Shown one piece after another: positions 28,929 to 40,874 of a stretch of 64,000 nt of DNA (position 1 is its first letter; every line of letters begins with the position of its first letter). The stretch comes from Selaginella moellendorffii (taxonomy: Eukaryota; Plantae; Lycopodiophyta), in contig NW_003314324.1 in assembly GCF_000143415.4 (NCBI RefSeq), forward strand, positions 62,001 to 126,000, given 5' to 3'. The translations under genes were made by a program, and so were the position numbers. The notes beneath the pieces were generated by a model. That model did not search any database. It had not been told where the DNA came from and saw nothing but the letters and a program-made list of their open reading frames with translations.

Positions 28929-30869
28929 ATGGCGTCGATCAACGAGGAAGTACTCACGATCTGCGGCCCGCCGGAGCTCGCCCTCCAAGGTATGGCGATC
29001 GATCCTCTCCCACTCAAGGGCCTCACCGAGAATCTCGCCGACACTTACGTCGCATCCGGCTCGGCCTGCCTCGATTTCTTCTTCCACATCGTCCCCGACA
29101 CCACCGATTCCTCGCGCGTCAAGGAACTGGCCACCACGGCCTGGAAAGAAGATCCCTTGACGACTCTCAAGCTCATCTTCCAGCTCCGGGGGATCCGTGG
29201 CAGCGGCAAATCGGACAAGCTCCACTTCTATGACGCTGCATGCTGGCTCTACGATCACCATCCCCGGACGCTGGCCGCCAACATCGCCAAGGTCGCCCCG
29301 GTCGGCTACTTCAAGGATCTCCTGGAGCTCGTCCAGCGGATCCTGGAAGGCGAGGTGGTGACGGCGCAGAGAATGCGCGAGAAGGAGGAGTGGAAGAACA
29401 AGAGACATGATCGGCGGTGGCGCTCGAGGATCCGCCGGAGCGGCCGGGACAGATGCGCAAGGATCACGGACAGAGCAAGGATCGCTACGCAAGGCGACCG
29501 GGAGGAGCGAGTAGCGGCGAGCATCGCCAAGGACAAGGCCGAGAAGCAAAAGGCTTCCGAGCTGCGCAAGGAGAGATCGCTGGCGCTGGCTCGCCGCGCG
29601 ATCGACAGGCTCGCCAAGGATCCCGAGTTTGCAGCGGTGTACGCCGGCGTTGCTCGCGTCTTCGCCGACGCGCTCGCCAAGGATCTGGAGGCGTACAAGC
29701 AGCACAAGAACAATGCGAGGATCAGTCTCGCGGCGAAGTGGTGTCCATCACTCGACTCCGCCTATGACAAGCAGACGCTGCTGTGCGAGGCGATCGCGTG
29801 CAAGCTCTTCCCGAAGAACAGCACCCCCGAGTTCGCGGAGCTGGACCAGAGGCAGTACGCGTACCGAGCTCGCGACAAGCTGCGCAAGGAGGTTCTGGTT
29901 CCACTGCGCAAGGCGCTGGAGCTCCCGGAGGTGTACATGAGCGCGCAGAGGTGGGACGAGCTGCCATACAACCGGGTGGCGTCGGTGGCGATGAAGACGT
30001 ACTCGAAGATCTTCACCAAGCACGACGAGGAGCGGTTCAAGCAGTACCTCGAGGACGTCAAGTCCGGCAAGGAAAAGATCGCGGCCGGGGCGGTTCTCCC
30101 GCACGAGATCCTCCGGGCTGCTGTCACCAAGGATGGCGCGGAGAGAGGCGCGGCGGAGCTGCAGTGGAGGGCGATGGTGGACGAGCTGCGGCGGAAGGGG
30201 AGCCTGGAGAACTCGGTGTCCGTCTGCGACGTGTCGGGGAGTATGAGCGGGACGCCGATGGAGGTTTGCATCGCGCTGGGGATGATCACGGCGGAGCTGA
30301 GCGACGAGCCGTGGAAGGGTCGGCTGATAACTTTCAGCGACGAGCCGGCCTTCCACGAGATCCGGGGCGAGACGCTGGCGGAGAAGTACGAGTTCACGAC
30401 GAGGATGCCGTGGGACATGAACACCGACTTCCAGAAGGTGTTTGATCGGATCCTGGAGCGAGCCCGCGAGTTTAACGTCCCGCCGGAGAAGATGGTGAAG
30501 AGGCTCTTCGTCTACAGCGACATGGAGTTTGACGAGGCCAGGGGGAAACACTACGGCGGCGTGTACAATCCTCGGCCGGATTGGTGGGGTGGCGAACAGG
30601 CGCCAGGTTGGGAGACGGATCATATGGCGATCAAGCGCAAGTTCAAGGAGGCCGGGTACGTGGAGCCGCCGCAGATTGTCTTCTGGAACTTGAGGGACTC
30701 GGAGAGCGTCCCGGTGCTCAAGGACGAGCCCGGCGTGGCGCTCGTCTCGGGCTTCTCCAAGAACATACTCAAGATGTTCCTGGAGAACAGCGGGGCTATC
30801 GATCCCATGCTCATCCTCCGGAGTGCCATCTCGGACAAGATCTACGAGGACATGGTGGTGGTGGATTGA
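28929..30869 (+). CDS. DUF2828 family protein with C-terminal vWA domain (copy 2)
   Basis: 646-aa intronless ORF, closely paralogous to 10426-12465, with the same motifs (LAAKWCPS, DVSGSM, SDMEFD, IVFWNLR). Confidence 0.9.
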   Translation: MASINEEVLTICGPPELALQGMAIDPLPLKGLTENLADTYVASGSACLDFFFHIVPDTTDSSRVKELATTAWKEDPLTTLKLIFQLRGIRGSGKSDKLHFYDAACWLYDHHPRTLAANIAKVAPVGYFKDLLELVQRILEGEVVTAQRMREKEEWKNKRHDRRWRSRIRRSGRDRCARITDRARIATQGDREERVAASIAKDKAEKQKASELRKERSLALARRAIDRLAKDPEFAAVYAGVARVFADALAKDLEAYKQHKNNARISLAAKWCPSLDSAYDKQTLLCEAIACKLFPKNSTPEFAELDQRQYAYRARDKLRKEVLVPLRKALELPEVYMSAQRWDELPYNRVASVAMKTYSKIFTKHDEERFKQYLEDVKSGKEKIAAGAVLPHEILRAAVTKDGAERGAAELQWRAMVDELRRKGSLENSVSVCDVSGSMSGTPMEVCIALGMITAELSDEPWKGRLITFSDEPAFHEIRGETLAEKYEFTTRMPWDMNTDFQKVFDRILERAREFNVPPEKMVKRLFVYSDMEFDEARGKHYGGVYNPRPDWWGGEQAPGWETDHMAIKRKFKEAGYVEPPQIVFWNLRDSESVPVLKDEPGVALVSGFSKNILKMFLENSGAIDPMLILRSAISDKIYEDMVVVD

Positions 30870-31080
30870 GAGCAGAAACGATTATGACGAAGTTTGAAAA
30901 GTTTGGCTTTGTTTGGTTTTCTTTCTCTCAAAAGTTTTTGACTTTGATCCTAAAGCTTTCATAGAAACATCTTGGGAGTGCCGAAAAAGTTTGTAGAATG
31001 TAGCTAACTATGAGGATTTAACGATTAAAATGTAATATAAACGAACAAAAATGGTATTTTGCAAAATTTCACCAAGAGCG

Positions 31081-31583
31081 TCAGTATCTGGGAGTTTGTT
31101 TATGCTGTTTAACACTCGAAACAAACATCTTGTTTGCATCCTCTATACTGATTTGGCTCGATTCCACCTTGAGTAGCAGCGGAGTCAAGGCCTCGAGGAT
31201 GGAGTCATTGGGATTGCCATGGAAGGGCGGGACTCCACTCTTGGGATGGTAGAGATACAAGCTCGCGTTGTCATCGATCCACACCATGAGACTTTCCTGC
31301 TCCCTTTTCAGTTTCCTCAAATCCTTCACCACTTGGCCACTCACCCAATCTGTATCGCTCCCCGTGAAAATGGCAGAGACTAATTCTCCAAGCTGCTTAC
31401 AATCTTCTTCACGTACGATGCGCCCGAGGCACTGAAGACCACGACCTCGTAAACCTGTGACATATCTCTCAGGAACTTGTCCAAACCCGGTCGCTTCGTC
31501 ACGCACTGGAGGAGATTGTCATCGTCGTGGTCGGACACGCAGACAAGCGTGTTATCAAGATCCAATACCAATGTTTTCACCAT
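31081..31583 (-). pseudogene. FCP1/SCP-like (NIF) HAD phosphatase, frameshifted
   Basis: KTLVLDLDNTLV (DxDxT), KRPGLDKFL and YEVVVFSAS lie in one frame ending in a stop at 31380. VKDLRKL, WIDDN and PFHGNPND lie in another frame. Confidence 0.7.
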
Positions 31584-31675
31584 AATAGGATTAGGTATTT
31601 TCTACAACCATGATTTTTCCCACATAATACTCTAGTTAGGCTCAAATAATCAGGAATGCTTGCTTAGAGAAACTA

Positions 31676-33536
31676 TTATTCTTCATCGACTTCGCCACCT
31701 TCCTCGCCTTCTCCAGCCTCGGGCTCTGGCGGCTTTGGTATGGGCGGGAGCTCCAAGCTCTCCGGCGTGAGCCCCTCAAACTCTTTCAACACTGGAGGCG
31801 GTAGCGGTGCCACGAAAGGCGTGTGTTTCATCCCCCAGCCGATGTAGACGCTGCTAAACCCGGTTGGAGTGACCACGGTACAGGCACCCGGCCAGATTGC
31901 CGACCTCAAACCGAGAACTTGGTGCTTGAGGCTCTTGTGCGTCGAGCTGGTGATGAGAGACCACGGCTTCCAGCCTTGCTGCGGGAGATCTTTGTCTGTG
32001 TCGATGGAGGTGAGAGCTCCCGGGATCTCTTCCAGCTCCTCGGGGCTCGGTGGCTGCTCTTCCTTCTCCTCGCCTTCTTCTTCCTCGGCCTCCTCCGCCT
32101 CTTCCTTTTCCGGGACGAAGAGTGTCGTCCGGCCTTGTAAGTTGAGGTACTTGTTCTTGTGTACCCAGTTTTCTAGCGACTGGAGCTCGGCCGTGGCAAG
32201 AGGTTGATACTCCTCGTCCGGTTCCAGTGGCCCTCCTTCGCCACCTTCTTCACCTTCTTCTGGAGCCTGATGGAGAAACGAGAAAAAGAATAGAGCATTA
32301 GAATGTAAGCCATGCTTTTGAAGCTCACCTTGTAAAAACCTTTGGGAGCAATCTCGCAAGTGGCTGATATCCGTGCAATCTGTGCGCGCAAATAGTTCTC
32401 TTCGACTCCAGGAAACGGTGGATATGCCGAAACTTCAGCCTGGTCAGATTACTTGAGAAGAGAGTTTATAGAGGTGAGAAGGAAAAGCAAAAGCAAAGAG
32501 TGCACCTTCAAGTTTCCGGTGAAAAACTTCTTTATCTGTCTCGCGGTTTTGATCTGGAGTGGTGTCACGTCTGGAAGCCTGTAGAGTTCGTCGCCTGGCC
32601 GGCTGCAAACCCAGTACGTATTTGCGTTTGGTCCAATGCCTGCTTCCACTGGAATGGTTTCCACTGGCCTTCCCCACGGCCCCTTCTTAGCACCCTCTTC
32701 TCCTTCCTCGCCACCACCTTCTGGCTCTGCCGCTGGTTCGCTCGTCGTCTCAAACACGAAATAGTTGCTAGACACAAAATAGTTCAATCCGGAAAAGCTT
32801 GCTCGTAAGCTTTACCTGTTGATGCCGAAGAACTTGCCAAAGAACTTCATTTTCGAGACGATCTTGGTGCCTCCCAGCTGCCGCATCGTCAAAACAATCT
32901 GGTAGTTTTCCGCTCGGCCCAGCCCGGATCCAATCGCCTCGAAAAACGCACTGTCCGAGAGGAAGTTGTCCACTGCGTATTCGGGGCCTTCTCCTTCTTC
33001 CTCCTCCGGCTCCTCTTCTGGAGGAGGCTCCTCGGACTCGGGATCGACAGCCGCTGGGGGAGGCTTCTTTTCGGGAATGCTATGAAAGAAAAACAAGAGC
33101 AAAAGAACAAACTTTAGACCTTGCAAACAAGCACTGGAACAAAGGAAGAAACGATGAGCTCACCAATGGAAAAGTTCTTTGCAAGTTATTCTCCCCAAAG
33201 ACTAGCGGAGGAAATACCTCTGGAGGCCGATAAACTGCTTGACAAACTTCTCGTCTTTGTCATCCTTCCACGAGCGAGGGACTTTGGGGCCTTCCTCGGG
33301 GACGAATCGAGTCTGCTTGAGCAGCAAGCTCGTCTCTAAAATGTCCACGGCATTCTCTGGCTGCGTCACAACGATCTACAAAACAGAGAAAAAGAATTGG
33401 GGCAAAATCGATCCGCCCGAGCTTTACTTACCAGTTGGATCAGTTGTGCGAGATGCGCAAACACAGAATCTCCATTCGTGGCGGATTTCCTCTGCAAATA
33501 CGCCAGGCATTGCTCCGTCGTCATCTTCTTCCCCAT
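31676..33536 (-). CDS. Flagellar radial spoke head protein (RSPH4/RSPH6-like), multi-exon
   Basis: [90 protein letters not shown], plus acidic linkers. Confidence 0.88.
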
Positions 33537-33710
33537 CTCGCCACACCCAAACAAGAAAAAAATGAAGAACCCTAAATTCGAACAGTTTAAAATGAGAATA
33601 TTCTTATAGCCGACTAGAATATGCTGTTTTAAGATTCTCTTTGTTTTCCGAGCCAGGGTTTCGACCTCGCGACCATTTTTTTAGGGCTCGTCGATTGGCA
33701 GAGGTTTTTG

Positions 33711-36431
33711 ATGTCTCGGCAGCTGGCCGCGCTCCTCGCAAGAAAACGAATCCTCTCGGTAAGTCTCGCGCGGCGCAGCCATTCTCGATCTCATTTCCCT
33801 CTCCTCGGGCCAGGCATTCAGGGAGAGTCGCGGCATTCTGGTGGATAATCCGTGTCTCGGCGGCATTCTAGAGCACCGGCTGGGTTTTGATCCTATCCCG
33901 ACGCAGCGGTCTTTCGGAAGCTGGATTGGCAGCGGCGGCGCGTGCGGATTACGGCGCGGCCGTGATTTGAGAGGAGCGCACAAACAACAGCGATACCAAG
34001 GTAGCAATCTCGGCACTCGGCAATTCTATTCGAGTAAAGCATCGGAAAGAGGTTGGAATTGAGTTTGATGAAATTAATTGTTAGCAATAGCGTTAATACT
34101 CTTTGTTCTTCCAGGCTTCAGTAACTTCTATCCAAAGAACAAGGTTCCAAAAGATGGTCCCGGGGAGAAGTCAAACCAAGGTATCAAACTTCTACTCTGG
34201 ATAACTTACGTTTTGCCTTTCTTCCAGGAAAATCGAAACCCCGAGCACGGGATCTCGGAGATCTCAGAACAAGAATTGTATCCTTGGTTGCTGTCGGCTT
34301 ATCAGTGGCGGCCTTGTGGAACCTCTATACCGTTTCTAGAAGTGAAGATGTCTCGGAGGTTCTTTTCTCCTTCTCCATTTTCTTCTCTTCGTTTCTCACA
34401 GTATACACTTTTTCTTTGCAGATTACTTACCATCAATTCCGATCTGAGCTCTTGGAGCAGTGTCTCGTAGACCATGTTGTCGTGGTTAACAGGAGCTTGG
34501 TCCGCGTTTTTGTTCGGGACCCAGCTTCTAGTGACGACACTCAGAGTCATTGCCGACACTTTTTTCGAATCGGCAGTGCTGATGGTTTCGAGCAGCAACT
34601 GGAGAGGGCGCAAGCCAGCCTCGGGTGGGACTCGCACGATTACGTCCCAGTCATGTATCAAACCGAGTTGAATTGGCGGCGAGAGCTTACGAACATGGCA
34701 CCGATTCTCTTCCTCTTTGCGTGGGTTGGATTTTCCGTCTGGAAATGGAAGAGAGCTGGCACTGGGCAGGGGACGGATAGCAATGGTGGTCGCAGCATTT
34801 TTACCATGGGAAAGGCTCAGGTGGCAAGGATGGATCCAGGCGTCAAAGATAAGGCATGGTAGTATATTGTTTTACTCTGGGAGAGCTTACTGACTTTACA
34901 TTTTAACTATGCAGGTCATGTTCGCGGACGTAGCCGGATGCGACGAAGCCAAAGCAGAAGTGATGGAGTTCGTTCACTTTTTGAAGAGTCCCAAAAAGTA
35001 CCTCGACCTCGGTGCAAGAATCCCCAAAGGTGCTCTCTTGGTCGGACCTCCTGGCACCGGCAAAACGCTGCTAGCAAAGGCTACTGCAGGTGAAGCCGGT
35101 GTGCCATTTCTTTCGATCTCCGGTTCTGACTTTACAGAGATGTTCGTCGGGGTTGGACCTTCTCGAGTCAGAGACCTCTTTGCTCAAGCTCGTCGCGAAG
35201 CCCCGAGCATCATCTTTATTGACGAGATCGATGCCATCGGCCGCGCAAGAGGTGCTGGTCTTGGGTCAAACGATGAACGTGAAAACACCCTCAACCAGCT
35301 CCTGGTTGAAATGGACGGCTTTGCAACTACAGAAGGAGTAGTCATACTCGCTGGGACAAACAGGCCAGATATTCTCGACAAGGCGTTGCTCAGGCCTGGA
35401 CGCTTTGATCGTCAGATTGCTTTAGACAGGCCGGATGTGAGAGGACGAGAACAGATACTTCGGGTGCATCTCAAGAAACTGAAGCTGGACAAGGAGCCTC
35501 AGTTTTACTCACAACGAGTTGCTGGTCTCACACACGGCTTTGCTGGGGCGGAGATTGCCAGCGTGTGCAATGAAGCTGCTCTCATAGCTGCAAGGCGTGA
35601 GAAGTCAGAGATTTCCATGAAGGAGCTCGAAGCAGGAGTCGACAGAGTTATTGCCGGCATCGAGAGAAAGAACCGGGTACGTACTATGGGTTTTCTTGTC
35701 AAAGTTTTCTCGCGAGATAACACAGTTTCAACACAGGTAGTTAGCAAGGACGAACGGAGGACTGTTGCTTACCACGAAGCTGGTCATGCCGTCGCCGGGT
35801 GGTTCTTAGAGCACGCGGAGCCGCTACTCAAAGTTACAATAGTTCCACGAGGGAGTGCGGCGCTGGGCTTTGCGCAATACGTTCCCAACGAGGACTTACT
35901 CATGACCAAGCAGCAATTCAATGACATAATCTGTATGGCTCTTGGAGGGCGAGCAGCGGAGGAGGTAAGAACAAACTTGGAGGAAAAAGGTCCTGATGTG
36001 TCTCTCTCCAGGTTCTGCTGGGAAGGATCACCACGGGTGCGCAGAACGATCTGGAGAAAGTCACGCTGATGGCCTACGCGCAGGTGGCCGAGTATGGATT
36101 CAGCGACAAAGTTGGGCTTGTCTCCTTTCCCCGCAAGTCACAGACGGAGCTGCTCAAGCCTTTTAGCAACAATACGAGCAAACTCATGGACGAGGAGGCG
36201 AGGGCGATTGTGAGTGATGCCTACGCTCGCACCCGAGCACTGATTGACAAGCACAGGGACGGGGTTGCCAAGATCGCGGAGCTGCTACTTGAGAAAGAGG
36301 TCCTGCGGCAGGAGGACCTCTTAGCAGTGCTTGGCGAGCGTCCATTCGCGCAGGGAAGCCGCAATAACTATGACATATACAGGCACGGATTTAAACCAGA
36401 AGAAGCAAATGATCCAATGGTCGCATCCTAA
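33711..36431 (+). CDS. Mitochondrial m-AAA FtsH protease (FtsH3/FtsH10-like)
   Basis: [11 protein letters not shown], Walker A GPPGTGKT, Walker [28 protein letters not shown], zinc motif [16 protein letters not shown]. Arg-rich N-terminal presequence. Confidence 0.92.
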
Positions 36432-36578
36432 GCTTTTCATACCGATACATTTGTATATTAAAATCATACTATGCAAATCCTAAGAGCTCAAAGTCAACAA
36501 GAGTCAATAAAGGTCAATAAAAAATAAGACTGTACCTTTATTGACTAGCAATAACTTAGATCTATACATTGAGTATTT

Positions 36579-38106
36579 CTACTTTAACTTAATTGGCAGT
36601 CCTTTAGTCGGCATTGCAACTGGGGTATAGGAAACTGGTTCATCGGGTTCCACTAGGGTCCACTCATATCTTGTGACCAAGTGGTGAAGAAACACCATCA
36701 CCTGCATTTTCGCAAGTTGGATGCCCGGGCAGATCCGGGGTCCTCCACCGAATGGAATATATGTGTATGGAACCGGTCCCGTGCCTTCTGCAAATCGGGA
36801 TGGCTCAAACTTGAAAGGCTCGGCAAAAAACTCTGGTTTTCTGTAGCTCCGGTAGCCCGATATTAAGAGCTGCAGCAAAGAGATTACATTCTTTCCTATA
36901 GGTAAACAAAAAAGATGGTATTTACCTGCCAGCCTTTTGGGATGGTGAAACCATCCATCTCGACATCTTTGAGAGCTTTGCGAAGGATGCCAAACCCGGT
37001 CGGCATCACTCGCAGTGTCTCCTGGATAACCATCCATGTGTATTTCATCTTGCGGAGGTCGTTCTGGTTGAGTTCCTCCCCAGGCTGCTTGGCTGATAGT
37101 ATATCCATGTGTTCTGGCATAGATGATCATGGTAAGTTTCGATCAAAAATCTTCGACAAGTTTGCTTACCTCTGCGAAGCTCCTGGTAGCAGGCTGGATT
37201 TTGAGCCAGGCACTTGAGGGTCATGGCTAGCGAGCTGGAACTGGTGTCATGGCCGGCGAAGAGCAGCGATAGGATGTTGTCTTTGATCTGGTCGTCGTTC
37301 ATGAGCTTGCCATTGTCGAGCTTGGTGCTGAGAAGCAGTGACAGGAGATCTTGCTGGCAAGACGACCCATTCTCGAGCTCGATCCTTCTCCGCGCGATAT
37401 ACTTGTCAAACATCTTGTAGAGCTCCACCCGACCCTTCTTGGCGTGGTGGAAGTTCGTCCAGGGGAGATCGAGCGGCAAGGAGATGAGCCCCTTGATGAT
37501 CTTGGCCAGCGGCTCGAGCAGCTCCAGCTGTTCTTCTTCATCACTCACGCTAAGGAATGCACAACAGGTGACCGAGAAGAGAGCCTGTTTGATGAGAGAA
37601 TAAGCCAGCACGGTCTCCCCATGCTTCCAGTGCTTGTGGAGGTGATCTTGAATCATGTTGCTCGTAGGCACGACTTGGCTCTGGACGGCTTGAGCACTCA
37701 GAAAGGTCATGAGCACGTCACGGAAGCTCTTGGCCTCCTCTCCAGACATGAAGTTTATGGCGTTTGATCCAACCAGCGTCTTCATCGGGCTAGGCCACGC
37801 AGTCTCCACCAAGAGGTTGTGGTTTGAGAAGACAAGCTTGTTGCCTTGGGGAGGACTGACCATCACCATTGGGGAGCCAAACAAGGAGGTCTTGAAGATC
37901 TTACCGTACTTGGCTTCCCGCTGTTCGATAAACTCCCAGGGCCGGTTGCTCTTGGTGTATCGTATGAACTGGAGGGTCTCGCCGAGTAGCGGAAGGCCCA
38001 GGCTCCCAGGAGGCAGATCCATCGCTTTGAATCTTCTCCATCGCTGGAGATACGCGAGTGCTGCTGCCCCAATGCAAACAAGGTAAAGTACCAGCACAGG
38101 CACCAT
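36579..38106 (-). CDS. Cytochrome P450, CYP85 clan, CYP716-like; exons 38106-37170, 37113-36926, 36869-36579
   Basis: N-terminal TM helix, PPGSLGLPLLGETLQF, IFKTSLFGSP, I-helix FAGHDTS, QETLR, EPSRF, heme FGGGPRICPG. Splice junctions keep the frame. Confidence 0.9.
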
Positions 38107-38191
38107 AACTGCGCCTAAAGCTATCTTTTTGCAATTTACATATCGATAGTCGAAAGTGCTATCGCTCTGTTAAAAATGCTCAACTTCTTAG

Positions 38192-39210
38192 AGTGTAGAT
38201 CCCGATAGGACATTGTTGACTTGATTTTCGTGTTTGAGTTTCTTACCTAGCCATGACAAAATGCCATCGAATATTGTAATTTGCCAAGCCGCTTGTACGT
38301 GAAACATGGAGAACTTGGCCAAGCACATAAAAAAGCCGTGTCAAGCGCCTTTAAGTTATTAAAACAAGCAGTCAAACTTTGTCATAAGGCAATGGAGTCG
38401 CCATCCACTTGACAAGCCAAATTTGCCACCGTCGGGAAATCTCCAGTCTAATGCCTGTAGATATTGACTTGATTTTAGCCTAGCCATGACAAAATGCCAT
38501 GGAATATTGTAATTTGATTCCATAATCAAACACCATTAGGAGTCTTGAGGGAATAAAAGTCTTTTAATTTGAAAAAGAGGAAGCAAGTTCTAAGCAAAAC
38601 ATCGAAAACTTGACCAAGCAATTTCTGCGTAAAACATGGGAAACTTGGCCAAGCAACTTCTAGGAACTTGAAAAAGCGTGAAACATGGAAAACTAGCAAC
38701 ATGTCGCCTTTAAGTTAGCCAGACTTCATAAATTCTTAAAACAAGTCTTTAAAATAGTCAAACTTTGTCGTGGTAGCGAGTCGCCATCCAGTCCAGTCTA
38801 ATGACAGTGTAGATTCCGAACATTTTTGACTTGGCTTTACTTTTTATTGGGACAAAATGCCATGGAACGACTCCTTTTGGGGGGATGCCACCCAGCAGGG
38901 TCGATGCACACCCCAGCCGCCCGACGGAGTCCACCGGCGAATATTGTAATTTGACACAACAATCAAAGTCATGAACGAATAGAAGTCTTTACATTTGACA
39001 ATGAGGAAGCAAGTTCTACGCAAAACATGGAGAACTTGGCCAAGCAACTTCTATGTAAAACATGCCAAGAAACTTCTACGTAAAACATGCCAAGAAACTT
39101 CTAAGTAAAATATGGAGAACTTTAAGTTTTAGTAAACAGTCAAACTTTCTCATAAGCATGAGGTGGTAGCCGAGGAGCAACCACAGCTCGCAATGGAGTC
39201 GCCATCCAAT
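38192..39210. repeat. Three degenerate tandem units derived from the 3' end/3' UTR of the CYP71-clan gene, with ~20-35 bp sub-repeats
   Basis: agtcaaacttt...gagtcgccatcca at ~38370, ~38756 and ~39138 (the real stop region). gacaaaatgccat and aatattgtaatttg occur three times each. aaacatggagaacttggccaagc is repeated. Confidence 0.8.
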
Positions 39211-40712
39211 TGACCAAGCCGAAAGCCTCGTCCATGGAAGCATCTTTCCCACCGCCGCCGTTGGGAAAGCTCCAGTCGAAGCCATGGACGAGATTTGACA
39301 AAGCCAACTCGACCGTTTTCAGTCCCAGCTGAAGCCCAGGACACGACCGTCGCCCCGAGCCGAATGGAAGGAGCTCGAAGTCCTGGCCTCGGACGTCCAT
39401 GCCCTTCCCCGCCCCCTCGAGGAACCTCTCGGGAGAGAACCGAGTGGGATCCTCCCACACCGTTGGGTCTCTCCCAATCGCGTAGACATTGACGAGCGTG
39501 GTAGCCCCCTTTGGAACGTCGTAGCCGGCCACCTTGCATTCGTATCTTGACATGTGTGGGACGAGCAGCGCGATCGGGGGGTGGAGACGAAAGGTCTCCT
39601 TGATGATCGCGTGCAGGTAGTGGAGCTTGGGGAAATCCGATTCGTTTACCATGCGATCTTTCCCTACCACCGTGTCGAGCTCGTCTTGGGCCTTCTTCAA
39701 TGCAAGTGGGTTTCGAAGTAGCTCCGCCAGGATCCACTCCACTGTTGTGATGGATGTGTCGGTTCCCCCTGGCAGCAAATCCTGATACACAATTGTCAAG
39801 AGCTGTTCTTGAAAAACAAATACTCACTGAAAGCACAGCTTTGATGTTGTCCAAGTCGGTTCGAGAGTCTCCATGGTTGAAATAGGAGAGAAGGATGTCT
39901 ATGAAATCTCTAGGCTTGGCTAGAGCATCGTGACCAACCTTGTGTTCGTCGATGATCTCCTGGAGGAACCTGTCCTGGCGAGCATGAAGCCTCTTGAAAC
40001 GAGGGATGTTCCAGTCGATCCACTTGAATGCACTGGGAATGTACTCGCTCACGTTGAAACTCCCGGCCACCTGCAAGATCTCCTCCACAATCCCCCGAAA
40101 CTCCCGAGCCTTGCCCTGTGAGTCCGCGCCAGCCGGCCCGAAGAAGGCGCGGTCCATCAGGATTCGCGTCATGACATTGAAAGTAAAGTCGGTGAGGAAG
40201 CTCTTGATTTGCACCACCTCCTTGCTCGCCGATTTCGCCAGCAATCCAGATACCATGCCGGACAGCTCCTCCACTCTCACCCACGAGAAGGAGTCGATCC
40301 GCTTGGCCGTGAAGAGCTCGGTGGAGCACAGCTTCCTCATCATCTTCCAGTGATCGCCATAGGGGGCGAGGCCAATGTTGTGGAAGTTGTAAGCAGCGTA
40401 CTCACCGACGAGGAGGTATGGCCTCGACGCAAATGCGAGGTCGTGGGTCTTGAGAACTTCCTTGGCCATGGCTGGACTGGACGCCACAATCACTGGTACT
40501 GTGCCAAATCGGAGGTGCATGAGTGGCCCGTGGGCTTGCGACAGCTTTTGCAAGGATCGGTGTGGCAGTGTGCTCAGGAGATGGAGATGGCCGATCAAAG
40601 GCAAGCCCCGCGGACCTGGTGGTAGTCGTACCTTGAAAGAGCGGTATTGCCTCCATAGCGCTCCAGCCAGGAGGATCAAGCCCAGGTAGAGCGCAAGATC
40701 GAAGAGTTCCAT
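39140..40712 (-). CDS. Cytochrome P450, CYP71 clan; exons 40712-39828, 39781-39140
   Basis: PPGPRGLPLIGHLH, WKMMRK, GGTDTS, KETFR, FSPERF, heme FGSGRRSCPG. One 46-bp phase-0 intron just before the I-helix, typical of A-type P450s. Confidence 0.93.
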
Positions 40713-40874
40713 TCTAGCTAGAACTCGGAAGTATTGGATTCAATGTAAGACCTAGATTTATATAACGGTGGTGTACTGGAGATGGTGTTTGAAATCGATC
40801 TTTCATGAGCCTTTTGAAAGTGTTTGATTACGAAGGTCTTTATTCAAGATCAAAAGGAAAATACAGCGACGCTT

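Noticed and set aside
28857-30623. Long antisense and alternate-frame ORFs over the DUF2828 genes (also over the P450, PPR and GT37 genes)
   Set aside because: Shadow ORFs caused by high GC3 codon usage; no motifs.
38580-39120. Short spaced repeats resembling a CRISPR array
   Set aside because: Eukaryotic context; degenerate, irregular tandem units without unique spacers.
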